NCBI GenBank assembly: GCA_010405405.1
Contig: MU004230.1
Span: 2,080,627-2,144,626, forward strand
Origin: Microthyrium microscopicum
Taxonomy: Eukaryota
Direction of reading: 5' to 3'
DNA length: 64,000 bases
A program made the translations under genes and the position numbers. Below the pieces are notes generated by a model that worked only from the letters and a program-made list of their open reading frames with translations, ran no database searches and was not told where the DNA came from. Of the stretch, positions 12,502-24,353 are shown one piece after another; position 1 is the stretch's first letter; each line of letters opens with the position of its first letter.

Positions 12502-13273
12502 ATGGTTCTGGGTATTCTCACTGCGATCGCAGCATGTCCCGCAATTGTCGGAACCACGGAAGCCGTACGCCAAGGTCAGCGGAAAAATTCAAAAGAACAA
12601 CACAGAGGATTAAAGACAAATGTACTGGTTTCTTGCTCCACCGACACCCGACCTGGCAAGGAAGTTAATGGAGGCGCTTTGGTCTTACGGAACAACAAGG
12701 TTGGACACCCTCAAGGGCAATGATGTAGTGTTTGAGCTAACAGATCTACCTCTCTTCTAGATCTATGTCTCGACCCCTTCACCTAGTTATCCAGAAGGTC
12801 GCGATGATGAACATCTCTTTGCTGGATACTTTCTAGCCTATCCCGAAAAGAACTGGGGTCGGCAAGGAGAAGGGCTTGTGTCCACCATATCAGATGACCC
12901 TCCACAATTGAATTGGGTTTATGTTGATAGCGATACTTATGAAGTCAAATATGGATTAAAAGTAGATTCTTTGCCCCATATCGTCGGGCCATGGGATTGC
13001 ACGAGAATAGACAAAAGGATTACTTTGGAAGGCTGGGAAGGTTTCATGGTTGTTCGAGAGGAGCCAGGTGAATGGGCCCTGTATTTTGACAGGGAGGATG
13101 ATGGGCTGAGAGATAAGGTTTCCCCTGACAAAAGAATACTAGAGGTGACAATGGCAAGAAAAGAGAGAAGACAGGAGAAACCGAAACCAGAATCTGATTC
13201 TGAGAGCGAACCTGAACCTGAAAGCGAAGTTGCAACTGAGACTGAACTGGAGTCTGAGAGCAATTCAGACTGA
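12502..13273 (+). CDS. Conserved fungal hypothetical protein (intron 12700-12760)
   Basis: MVLGILTAIAACPAIVGTTEAVRQGQ joins in frame to HLFAGYFLAYP...LNWVYVD..TYEVKYG...GPWDCT...TLEGWEGF...WALYFD; acidic ES/EP tail. Confidence 0.8.
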
Positions 13274-13368
13274 AGCTTTTGAATAAGATAATTCGGTCAT
13301 GATCATTAAATTTCCATAATCATACAATGCTATTTGTACAGTAGTAAACCAAAGCCGTCGAAATGCCG

Positions 13369-13812
13369 CTAATCTTCCATTTCCAGCTCTTCTGCTTCAA
13401 GCGCCAACTGTCGTTTCTTCAAAGCCAATGCTCTCCTCTTCTTCTCTTGAAGTCTGGCCTGTTGCTCTTCCGCAGTCATAGCTTGTGCTTGAGGGGCTGC
13501 TCGTTTCCCTTGAGGAGCAGCTCTTTGTCCTCCTGATCCAACCTAAAATGTTTTATTAGCCACTGGAATTTTTGGAATCAGATTCACGAGTCCAACTTAC
13601 AATTGGCAAGCCGTCGGTTACTCCTCCTACCGTCTTGAGCAGGGGTGAAGTTACTCCGCCTACGATAGGGAGACCTTTCGTAGTATCATCTACAGTATTC
13701 AAAACACTAGAAAGTTAGTGACATGGCCTGGTATAGAATCAAACATGGTTAGGTACCCTCCAAGAAGTCCACCACCGCCATTGTTGTTGCCGCCGCCGAG
13801 AAGTCCAGCCAT
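13369..13812 (-). CDS. Small Gly-rich protein with GLPIVG repeats and C-terminal coiled coil (3 exons; introns 13756-13707, 13600-13543); not in ORF track
   Basis: Spliced translation MAGLLGGGNNNGGGGLLGGVLNTVDDTTKGLPIVGGVTSPLLKTVGGVTDGLPIVGSGGQRAAPQGKRAAPQ...LKKRQLALEAEELEMED*; both introns have GT, branch site and AG. Confidence 0.75.
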
Positions 13813-14933
13813 TGTGATAGATTTAATTTTGAGAGGTAAAAGTGAGTCGTGTGAAGGAGTATTGCTGAAGTACAATGTATTGAATTTGAAGTTAGGATGT
13901 TATGGAACAGAACCTGATCAGAAGCTGGTGCTGACTGAGCTTTTATGTACACGAGTCCTCTACGATACTATGAGAGTGAAATGGTTCACGAATACTAGAA
14001 TCAGGTTTCTCTCCTCCATTGCGTAGCTGATACCTGGATTGTCCCATTCACATTCCTCAAAGTATGTTGTATTCGGCTAGAATGACGTACAAATTCCAAG
14101 GGTCGCTTCATCCTGGAGTTGAATCTTCACCAATTCAGGGTCTAGGGACCTCGTATAAACCCTGTTGTTGCATGGAAGACGGAGTGACCTCCGCGGATTG
14201 TGCAACGTTGGCTGCAGGTCAGGGATTACAAGCGAGGAGAGCTACGCCCCATCGGGGACATTCAACCAGCGTCATTCTTTTGAGATAATGTTGGTTATAA
14301 TGAACTCGAATCATGTTTCCAAAGGCCAGGACAAGGGTGAGTGAGACGAGCTTACTCAGAAATTCATCAGTTGGCAACTTGGCATGAACAAGTGCTGACC
14401 ATTTGAAGTTCTTCATGGTCACTCCAACGCAATAAGTTTAATGAAAGCAAAATATTTCCAAAATCACAACGAGACATGCTTCGTGATAGATTCCGGGTCT
14501 GATCAAGATGCATGCTTGCCTCCTACTATTGACAAAGAATCACTCGATTCTTGGGGAGAAGCTTATAACTTGTCTTGATGAAGCACTGGAAGTTATAAGC
14601 TGTGCCTAAACAATAGCTGCAATACTTCGATTATCGAGAATTACTACAACTATAACTTGATCTGGGAAATCATTATGGTTTGTCAAACTTTCAGCACATT
14701 TGGTCACATGCGGACTAGTATTTCGACAGCACATTTCTTCTTCGTCCATTTTGACAGCAACTTTATATGTTTTGAATTGAGATCCTTTTGTCCTACCCGC
14801 TAGAACATTACAGATCCGAAGCCATGACCTTTACATTTAAGCTATGCTAAAGGTACTAGGACAGTGCTTAATACAATTTGACTTTGCGAATTAGCAGCAA
14901 TGACATGACCACACCCAGTGGCGAGACGAGAGC

Positions 14934-15371
14934 CTACTCCTCCTCTAGAACTGGGCCAAACATGCGCAAGCTTTCTTTGCTATCTGCAAGCAGGAAGTTT
15001 TTGCCTACTAGTCGGTAGGTTCCATTAGGGGTGTCGAATATCGTACCCTGTGGCATGCAAAGCAGCAGGTATTCGCTTATGCGCCACATGGCTCCTGGAC
15101 CTGCTAGATGAACCATAGCGAGAATCCCTATCAGCATGTCTAGTCCGCTTATGGCGGCACTCGCTACTTTGAGTTGCACGACATCTCGTGCGTATCTCAT
15201 CTTAAAGGAGGTGTCGTTTGCCAAGTCACTGACATAGTAGACGACCTCGTCACCCAACCAACAGGCAATGCGGATGAAAAATAGAAACATCGTAACAGGA
15301 GTAGCCAGCACGAAGCGTAGCGGTACTCCTGGGTTAAGACGGAATACGTTAAAGGGCTGATGGACCTCCAT
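14934..15371 (-). CDS. Orphan small protein, 145 aa, two hydrophobic segments
   Basis: Single-exon ATG ORF, first of a co-oriented series. Confidence 0.45.
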   Translation of the reverse strand: MEVHQPFNVFRLNPGVPLRFVLATPVTMFLFFIRIACWLGDEVVYYVSDLANDTSFKMRYARDVVQLKVASAAISGLDMLIGILAMVHLAGPGAMWRISEYLLLCMPQGTIFDTPNGTYRLVGKNFLLADSKESLRMFGPVLEEE

Positions 15372-15915
15372 TCTTTGGTAGTGACGCTTGATATAGTGGA
15401 CTTAGGTTTGATGTGAGTTGTGGATAACTGCAGAAGAGAGTGCAGAAATAGCCTGTATATCGTTTTTTGCATCCTCAAAGTGACTTCCGACGATAATGTG
15501 GTATAAAGCCATTGTTGCAATTGGATGTATACAAAGAGATTGTATCAAGATAAAGTGTCTCTATTGAGGTGTATACTGAGGTGAACTGCACACTCATTTG
15601 AATATGGCGGTTGAGTTTCCTTTTTGGTCAGAATCAGGAGCGATCTCACGAGAATCGTTCAATCTGGGAGAGATAAGTTCAGAATCATCTGCTTCAATTC
15701 TATATAAATATACTTCAAATAAGGCTAAACAAAGGAATCCGTCAAGTGGTAATCGCGAAATAACACTACAGTACCAGCGGTGACAACAAATTAACATTCA
15801 GTATAACTTCTCAGATCAAAGAACAGCTAATGAGCTTTGCTGATGTCCAGAGCAAATATTGATCGGAAGCAACTAGTCGCGCACCCCAAGGACAAACATG
15901 ACGATGTTTATTAAC

Positions 15916-16284
15916 CTACTCATCGACAGCGTAGGTCGGAGCTTTCCATTCAGCGACTTGCCATGCGATCGCCTCTCGTTCATGATGATCTCCTTGGAAC
16001 TTGATGCACAGTACAAACCAGAGATCCACCACCAAAATTGCAACGTTAGATATGGAAGGGTTGACCATGGTCTTGAGGAGAATGATGGTGGATAATGCAA
16101 GCGCAAGCTTGAGGAAGCGACGAAAGTAGTCGAATTCCTCCAAGTGGTAACTCTCGGTGGAGCGAGCAGTCGGAGCTACAGAGATTGACTCTATTGGTAG
16201 CTGATACGACTCAGGCAGCTGATGTGACTCATAAATCGGGTATCTCGCGGTTAACCGTTGGATCCAAAGTGGGTCAGCGCTCAT
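15916..16284 (-). CDS. Orphan small two-TM protein, 122 aa
   Basis: ATG ORF with hydrophobic hairpin; aligns ungapped to the 16992-17255 product. Confidence 0.55.
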   Translation of the reverse strand: MSADPLWIQRLTARYPIYESHQLPESYQLPIESISVAPTARSTESYHLEEFDYFRRFLKLALALSTIILLKTMVNPSISNVAILVVDLWFVLCIKFQGDHHEREAIAWQVAEWKAPTYAVDE

Positions 16285-16991
16285 GATAGAAGTGTGTGGT
16301 TTGTAAGTTTGGAAAAGTGTGTCTGTGAGTAGTGTGGAAAGGGATGTTGAGCGAAATGAATTTTCAGCTTTCGGGGCTTAAGCGCGTAATCTGAAGTAGA
16401 TCAATACGAAGTCACTTACCGGCCAGTGCAGTGTTCGGGATGCATCGAGGCGCAAGGTTAGCTTTATGCCTGAATTATGCATATTCACCTCGTCTCGTCT
16501 CGAGAGCAACTTCTGTTAGAGTTTACGAACATATGATATCTTACCATGATAGTTTGTCAAAGTGAGTGAACGATCACAGCTCACTGTAAATATACTATAG
16601 TCTTCTGGCTTCATATAAAGCTAAAGCTATTTTATGCACTATAACTCCGTCACTGAAATGAGGGAAATGCTCATAAATTCCGTTCGTTGATTGCTACATG
16701 TATACTTAAATAGAAAAGAAGTAAGCTGAATAATTGTTCCTCCTGTATGCAAGCAAGTTGCTGTGACTGTTGGATTACTAGAGAGACTATTGAGCCGATA
16801 ACAATAAAAGTAGCCATAGATATAATCTAATCTAGGATCGATGATCGGGTGTTACGGCCTTCCAGAAACGAAAACATGAGCTTGATCTGCCAAAGTCAAG
16901 CGAATGAAGAGCGAATAAAGACGGAACACCATCCACCAACGGAGAGCGAACTTTTGGCGGAACGGAGCTTCAATGCTTATGACACTTTGAG

Positions 16992-17255
16992 CTATTTGAC
17001 TGTAGCATTGGAAACTTCAACCTGGGCACAGTACAGAGCCTTAGCATAGTACATCCGAAGCTTGAGGCAGATCAAAGTAGCGCAGAAGATTGCCAGTCTC
17101 AAGCAGCTATGCCAGGAAGGGTAGAACATCATTTCCAACAGAAAAAGCCCAGTGATGGCAAGACCAATCCACAGCTTTGTTCGAAGTTTTCGAAGATACT
17201 GCTCCAAGTCAAGACGAGCAGATGTGGTGTTCGGGATTACAGAGATCTGCTCCAT
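16992..17255 (-). CDS. Orphan small two-TM protein, 87 aa
   Basis: ATG ORF with hydrophobic hairpin; 10/35 identities to the 15916-16284 product. Confidence 0.55.
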   Translation of the reverse strand: MEQISVIPNTTSARLDLEQYLRKLRTKLWIGLAITGLFLLEMMFYPSWHSCLRLAIFCATLICLKLRMYYAKALYCAQVEVSNATVK

Positions 17256-18031
17256 TGGATATTTGCTCGACTGAAGGCGGAGTAAAGCGTGTATATAGGG
17301 CCCGTTTTTGAGCAGTTAAGAAGAAGTTGTTGGAGGAAAGAATGGAGTCCCGTCAGTCTCGGCTTTTTAGTGGCGTGAGTACATCTGGGAATCACAGCGG
17401 TGAAGAGTGACCTACCGAGAGGTCAAGACTTTTAAGGTGCAAGACAATGGTATTGTTTCGGAACTATGCTACTATAATCCCATTGTTTAGGAATGTAGAC
17501 CTTATTGCAGGAGCTGATTTAAAAGCTGTAGATGCGATGATATATGGAAAAGATGACTACAAGGACGGCACTCATCAAAAATTAGGAATAGTAATGCGGT
17601 CCATTAGCTATTCAAATATAAGAAAGCACAAGCAGAAGAGTATATCAAAGCCAGTGGCTGTTAAATTGTTTGATTTGCGCCTAAGAATAATCTAACACTG
17701 ATAGCAACCATATCTATGAACCCAAGTATCCAAAACAATGAATATCAACAAACTCGCTGGCATCTTGAAACAAGTAACACTTTTGATAACAGTATGTGTT
17801 CCAACAGCCAGGAGACGCTAGCATACAAAGTATATCATCCGCAAAGTGACCAAAGACTCTACTCTCCACTAACCGAGAGGAATCATTTGGTCTTTCCATA
17901 TGCACCACTAATATATACCCTCAATAATAATACAATCCGTTATCCAACGCGTCGTCTCCCATTGAGGCGAGTCCCGGCTTTTCAATTTCACCAAATTTCA
18001 TCGCTTTATTGGCTTAAGGGATAAGCTGAAT

Positions 18032-18421
18032 TCAACCACGAAGGGAGTTTAGCCAAGAGGCCACCTTTTTACGAGCGGCTCGGCCAACTCCAGACGAGTT
18101 CGCACCAGTAGTGGTGGAGGTGGGTGCATCTGAGTTGTCATTGGAAGAGACAGATTTATCGGCATAAAGGCCAGTGGTGTCCAGGTCATCGATGATATAG
18201 TTCAGCCACGCATCGCGGGCATCGTGGTGGACCTGAACTAGGTTGTCATCTTCAGTCGTAACTGGTTCATCGATATCGAAGTCGCGTCTAATAACGACCC
18301 AGCCGGCTTCATGCATGTCCCAGTCGGAGAGTAAAGACTTGGCTCCATTGACAGCATTGTCATCGTAGACGTTCATAGCGTTGTTGTTGGTGGTGTTGAT
18401 TGGGGTAGTAGCAGAAGACAT
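18032..18421 (-). CDS. Orphan small acidic protein, 129 aa
   Basis: ATG in ACGATG context after a C/A-rich leader; protein-like composition. Confidence 0.55.
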   Translation of the reverse strand: MSSATTPINTTNNNAMNVYDDNAVNGAKSLLSDWDMHEAGWVVIRRDFDIDEPVTTEDDNLVQVHHDARDAWLNYIIDDLDTTGLYADKSVSSNDNSDAPTSTTTGANSSGVGRAARKKVASWLNSLRG

Positions 18422-18744
18422 CGTTGTTGCGTTTTTGGTTGGAGGTTTGGCGGTTTGTAGGTGTGGGAATGTGGGAACGTGAGGAGTTTGGTGGGAAGTT
18501 GACGGGAAGTCGTTGAGAAGAAGAAAGACCAGCTCACGGGCTTAAGTACATTCTGAGAACAGAGAATCAGAGGATAACTTGCCGAAAAGTGAAGCATTCT
18601 AGGTGAAGACATTAGCATTATCACGGAACTATGCAACCTACCTCACATCGATCTGGAATATCGCCTTTGTCCCCAAAGTCACTGCCCAACATACCTCGAA
18701 TTTGGCGAGATAGAGGCGACTGACTATAGAGAGGTGACTGCCAC

Positions 18745-18861
18745 CACCTCAAACCTCAAACCCAATAGACAACAATCGAGGTGAACCAAAGCTGCAGACT
18801 ATCGGCTGCAAGCACCTCAAACCTCAAAACCCAATAAACAACAATCGAGGTGAACAAAAGC
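18745..18861. repeat. Direct duplication of a ~48-bp unit (18745-18792, 18813-18861)
   Basis: CACCTCAAACCTCAAA(A)CCCAATA(G/A)ACAACAATCGAGGTGAAC(C/A)AAAGC twice, 20 nt apart. Confidence 0.9.
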
Positions 18862-18958
18862 AGCACAATGTATGAAAACATCCGATATATTCCACCAACG
18901 CTATGCAAAATACTCAACATATCCATCTAATATACACATTGTACACTTTATCTAATAT

Positions 18959-21018
18959 CTAATACCTCGCCGTGCCCTCAGGCGTCAACCGCCACGCTCT
19001 AACCGGCAACGCCTGTAATGACCGTACAGTGTTGCGGATATATCCCCAGAACGTGAGCACGCCGACAACAATGCAGAGGATGTTGACGATATAGTATCCA
19101 TCCATAGTGATATTGCATGTTCCACCACCCTGTGTACAGCGAGTCTTGTCTGGCTCGGCAACGCAGGAGAATGGGCTGGTTACTAGAGGGCTCTTGAGCG
19201 TGTCGGAGGCTGGTGGTTTGCCGGGTGGTGTGCAGGAGGCGACGGTTAGCATGTCGATGAGTTTGAGGACGAAGAATTTGGGGAATGTACCGCCTAGGTT
19301 GGAGACGCTGGGGGGTGTTAGGATTGTGATCATGGGGGATTGGGGAGGGGACTTACGTTGCGAGGAGGGTCATGTAGGTTCCGCCGTAGACTGGGTCGGC
19401 TATGCGGGCATGGAAGGCGGATACGGCGACGAACATGACGGTGTTCATGAATGTTGAGAATACATGGCCGAAGATCGCTACGATCAGGTAGCCTATGTTG
19501 ACGCCGCCGGATGGGAAGGACCAGACGATGACTTGGGCGACGAGTGCGGCGAGGAGGCGGCCGGCGAAGGCCCAGGACCATAGCTGCATTGCGCCGTACT
19601 GCGAGGACCATTTTCCAACATAGTAGCCAAGGCCTATTTCGAAGGGGAAGTCAATGAGAACTGTAAGAGCCAGATTGTCTTGTCCGAAACCTTTGTCGAT
19701 GAGTTTGAGGGTTGTTGCGCCGTCATTGGCCTGGAAGCCGATCTTAGCGATGAGATGGACAATGATGAGTGCTTGCACATTTTTGAGCTTGAGAATGCCT
19801 CCCATGACTTTGTAGGTATCCCAGACTCCTTCTTCGTTTTTTGTGAGGTCTTCGCGCTTTAGCACTGCTAGACCAACCGTCACAATCAGATATAGCCATC
19901 CAGATGCCGCAAGAGCGCCCCCAAGGGTAACCAGACCATAGTCCAACGGTACAGCCCGGAACCACTTATTCGCGAAATCCTTCGAATTGAAAGCCAAAAA
20001 GATCGTGGAGCTCAGGAACTGACCCGCCGTCAACCCAACCGTCTGCGCCGTACTCGCATACGACAGATTCTCCTGCGAAAGCAGCGTCAAAGCCCACCCT
20101 ACAACCCATTAGCATTTCCATCCTCCCAATATCAAAGCCGTCCAACTTACCATCAACAGCAATATCCTGCGTCGCACACAAAAACACCAACGCAAACCAC
20201 CACCACGTAAACCCCCAAACATTCGCGCCCCCATTCCCACCCGCATGATTCATCATACTCTCCGCATGTCCACTCATCCACAACATGGCCATACCACTCA
20301 ACGCCTGAATCGGCAAAATCCAACTCTTCCTCCGTCCCAGCTTTGGACTCCATACCGCATCCACAATCGGGCTCCACAGTAACTTCAAACTATACGGATA
20401 TCCAGCCAAGCTAAACACGCCCATCTGCGCATAGCTCACATGCTCTTTTAGCAAAAACGGCACACTCCCCATCGCCAGCCCCATAGGCAGACCTTGCAGG
20501 AAGTATAGCAGGACCAGGAGGAGAAAGTTTCGGCGGTCCTTGTCGGGAAGTTCGGAGAAACCTTTTGCTTTTGCGCCATCGCCGTTTGGAAGCGCGGGGA
20601 TGGGATCGTCAAGGGTGAAGGAGGAGCGGCTGATGAGAGAAGCAGTTGCAGAAGAGCGAGTTTCATGGACGCCGTTGGGGGATGTTGCGTGTTTGCGGGA
20701 ACGGTGCTCGAGGAGCGAGGCGGGCATGGTGGTGCCGGTCGCGTGCCCGTTGGTGTCGTCGGGGCTGCTGGCTTTTTTGCCCATCTGTTGCGCTTCTTCT
20801 ATATCGTCGGGGAGGAGATGGGATGTGTCGGGGAGGAGAGGGAAGGTGTCGGTCTCGATGTTGAGCGCGATGGAGGTTCGGTGGGACGAGGAGGGACGTG
20901 GGTTGAAGGGCGGTTCGTCTTGGAGCGGTGCAGATGATTTATCGAGTTTATTTGGCGTTGAGGGAGAGGAAGAGAGGTGGGAGAGCTCGAGAAAGTCTTT
21001 TGGCGAATGGGGTTCCAT
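18959..21018 (-). CDS. ER acetyl-CoA transporter (AT-1/SLC33A1 family); introns 20150-20099, 19356-19308
   Basis: NFLLLVLLYFLQGLPMGL, YPYSLKLLWSPIVD, RRKSWI, ATQDIAVDGWALT, IADPVYGGTYMTLLATVSNLGGTFP, DGYY; start codon uncertain (21018 or 20784). Confidence 0.92.
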
Positions 21019-21667
21019 ATACAGGTGGACTTTAAAGTATTTGTCCAAACGTGTACCCTAAAGTTTTAAGTGGTAGAAAATGACAGATTTAACTAAGACA
21101 GGTGGCGATGATAGGCTGTTTGGCCGCAATAACCTGTGAAAAGAATGACTGTGAAGAGCTAAGAATCAGTTTGAGCTGGTGAATTCACATTGCTTGCAGA
21201 AAGAAGGCGCAAAAGAATATATACTTGGATATGGCATGCCATGTCAGGCATGGAATGCGGTTGCTATCGTCTATCAAGATGTGTCCCCCAACTCAGCACC
21301 TGCATCGTAGAATAAATGCCCCTGCTTAGCCCTGTCTGCAGCCCCTTGCCCCTTTCCTGCACTCTTCTCTATCAGGCAGTATGATTTCAAGTTACTTGCA
21401 CTGTTTACATCACGAAAAAGAGAGCACATGGTAAGTTGTGTTCATTGACATGTTCATGAATAGGTAACTAGATATACATTTTTCGACTTTTCAGCTTCCC
21501 TTGCTGTCCAGAACCAGATCAGCTTTCAGCAAAACCCAAACTCCTTGCATAAAACCGAGACTACAGGCATTGAAGGGCCTCTGAAATCAGATGCAAAAAC
21601 TCCTTCGCAATGCTATAGTCGTATAATCGTTATCGTAAAATTACATTTCAATGGTGTCGTTGTTGCT

Positions 21668-23173
21668 TCAAAGACGGATGAAGTTTTGTCCCAGTCCCGC
21701 AAAGAAATCGCGTTCAGAAATCTGTTGGAACTCTTCCTCCTCTTCTTTTCCAAAGAGGCCAGTGGAGCCATATGGACCTTTGCTCGAAGATGTCGTCTCG
21801 CTTGGCCAAACGCCTTCAATTGTAGCGTCCTCGAAGCTCCCATGCACAGCATGGAGGTGTGGATCAAAAATCATCTCGGCAAAGAACAGCTCGAGAGTCA
21901 GGTAAGTCGGCATAGTACCGGATCCTCGTGCGCTGATCAGATTTCTGGCCTGTTCGAGGAGCATAGCCAGCTTTTTCTGAGCCGAATTGGAGTTCAAGTT
22001 CTCCTCGCCGCAGATACCACGAGCACGAACTTGACAGTCGTCCTTCCAGCGAACGTCCTTGTTGGAGAATAGATCAGCACACATGTTAGGAATGCTGATC
22101 GAGACATCTTCCAGCTTGGGGCAGGATGTGAGGAGCTCGCAGATGTGGTCACCGTTGCTAAGGTAGCCTGGGTGCGGATGCATGAAGCCGTCGTCGCTAC
22201 GGGGAGAGTGCTCGAGCACGCGCAAAGTTTTCTGGGAAGCTCGCACAATAGCCATGACGCCGTCCATTGTTATTGTCGAGATACATGTCATGTGGAACTC
22301 ATCCAGATTGGTAGCCGTCTTAGCAATGGCAAAGAGGTCGCGATCGTTGATTGGGAAAATGTTGGTGTTGCCAAACAGCTTGAGCTTGCGAAGCTGGCTG
22401 AAGTTGACGAGTGGCGAGATCAATGGATTCTGCAATGGTGCTTTGGCGAACAAGTCGCGCTGTTGCTCGGAGAGGGTGATCGCTTGGAGCTCAAGTGCTC
22501 GTAGCGGGTATTCGCCATCTTTGGTGAGGAGAGCGGCCAAATCCTGAGGTGAAGAATGGCGCAAAATCGACCATGGAATGGAGGCAATGTCGAGATTTTT
22601 GCAGCTGCGGATGGTGGCGATGATTTCAGAGTCGGTTTCCGGAATGTAGAGACCATTGAACCAGATGCGGCGGACATGAGCAGCCGCTCCGTCGCACTTC
22701 TCAAGGAACTCTCGGGTGTGTTGGAGAGTTAAGTACGGATTTCGGTATACTTTCTCGCCCTTTGGCCGGATGTTCATCTCATACAGAGGATAGCGTGCTA
22801 TTAAGAATTAGCCCTGTTTCGTCATCATAAGCAGCCGGTAGGAAAACTCACCACGATCCGCAGTCAAATCGAGCCATCGCTCAGAACCCATCCAGTTCTT
22901 GACATAAATGTCTCTCACAGCATAACGCAGGCCCCATTCATGCCAGTACTGGCAAACTTGGCGCAGGTTAGCAACAGCGTCCCATTTGAGCTGGTAGATG
23001 GGAGTAGGCCCGCGAACATATTTCTGTACATTGGTCGGGATGTTTTTGTCAAGAGAAGCAGGCAGCTGGCTCAGGCCAAAGGTGTAGGCAACGCCATTTT
23101 TCTCGTTGAGCTTGACGGTCTCAAGCAGAATTTGGTCGATGATTTCAAGTGGAAGTGAGTAGATGGTTGTCAT
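21668..23173 (-). CDS. F-box-like / RNI-type leucine-rich repeat protein (intron 22851-22798)
   Basis: N-terminal IYSLPLEIIDQIL (F-box-like); repeated LxxLxL units (SCKNLDIASI, FSQLRKLKL, SCPKLEDVSI). Confidence 0.7.
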
Positions 23174-23529
23174 TTCAGTGCCAGTGGCAGAAGTAGATGC
23201 GACAGAGCGCGGCTGACTTTTTCAGATATGTTGTTGGCCGACAGGAATGCTTGGGTGATGATGATGGATGGAGCAAGGAGTAGACAGTAGATGAGAATAT
23301 AGGAGATGGATAGAGGGTAGCAATAAAAAAGTGGAAGAGAATTTGAATTTATAGGTATGAAAAATAAGAGTCGTCAGGTGGTGCAAAGTTAGTCAGTACC
23401 AGAGTTGTCACTTCCAAAGGAGTCAAAATTGGGGAAGGAAGGCGCGAAGAGGCAATTTATACCAAAAAAGTGCACGATAGCCTGCCATGGGTCACAAACA
23501 ACCAGAAGAGACGCCAAGAGAAGATTCAA

Positions 23530-23578
23530 ACCCTCAAGACCTTCAAAGCCTTCAAAACCTTCAAAACCTTCAAAAGCC
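23530..23578. repeat. 9-bp tandem minisatellite (CCTTCAAAA, about 5 copies)
   Basis: acccTCAAGA CCTTCAAAG CCTTCAAAA CCTTCAAAA CCTTCAAAA. Confidence 0.85.
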
Positions 23579-24353
23579 GACAACAAGTTTGTCACAGCCA
23601 CTGCATGCCATCACGATCATCAGATCAATTTCCTAGGCGAGCCATCAGCTCCAGAAAATCGCCGGCGACAGCTAAATTAACACGATGCAGGCCAGACAAG
23701 CTCCAAACCAAACCTTTCCAATCCCCTGAATTGTGTTATTCATGGCGTGTCACAGATTTGGTCAAGAAGGTCACCCGGGCTGCGCTCAAGCTCTGCGAGC
23801 TCAGGAATCATCAGAACATGGGAAACCAAACTTTGACCACAGCAACAAAAAAGCGGAGCACCAAGCGCAAAACATGACAAAGATGAACTCCATCGTGTCC
23901 ATTTCTCAGCAACCTCTCGCAGAAGCTGCACAGGGCATCGACACATTGGAAGCCATGACCAGGCACACGTGTAGCCATCGCATTTCAGCGGCGGTCGAGT
24001 CGTTGGTTGTAAAGGAGTTTCTTGGGGGTAATAGATTCCTAAAGAGGAAACCAATTACCCTCAGAAAACCTACATTTCAGCGTCACCAGCAACAGAACCC
24101 TTGTGACTTGGGCGAAAAAAAACTTTACCAGCGGCCAGCCTACGCTATTCTTGGCGCCCAGTTGCGCAGTTTCTCGGACGAGCTGTTACCAACATCGTCA
24201 GAGAAGAGGAGAAAAGAGAAAGGTTTTTGTCATAGGTTGCAGAGATTTTATCTTCTCCTCGCATTGATAGATTATGGCGAAATTGACGACAATATCGCCA
24301 AGACGGCATCATTCTTTCGACCCTGTTCTTCGCCTGTACACAGCACAGCCCTA

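Noticed and set aside
17716..18024. 102-aa plus-strand ORF within the orphan row
   Set aside because: No motif, paralogy or splice support
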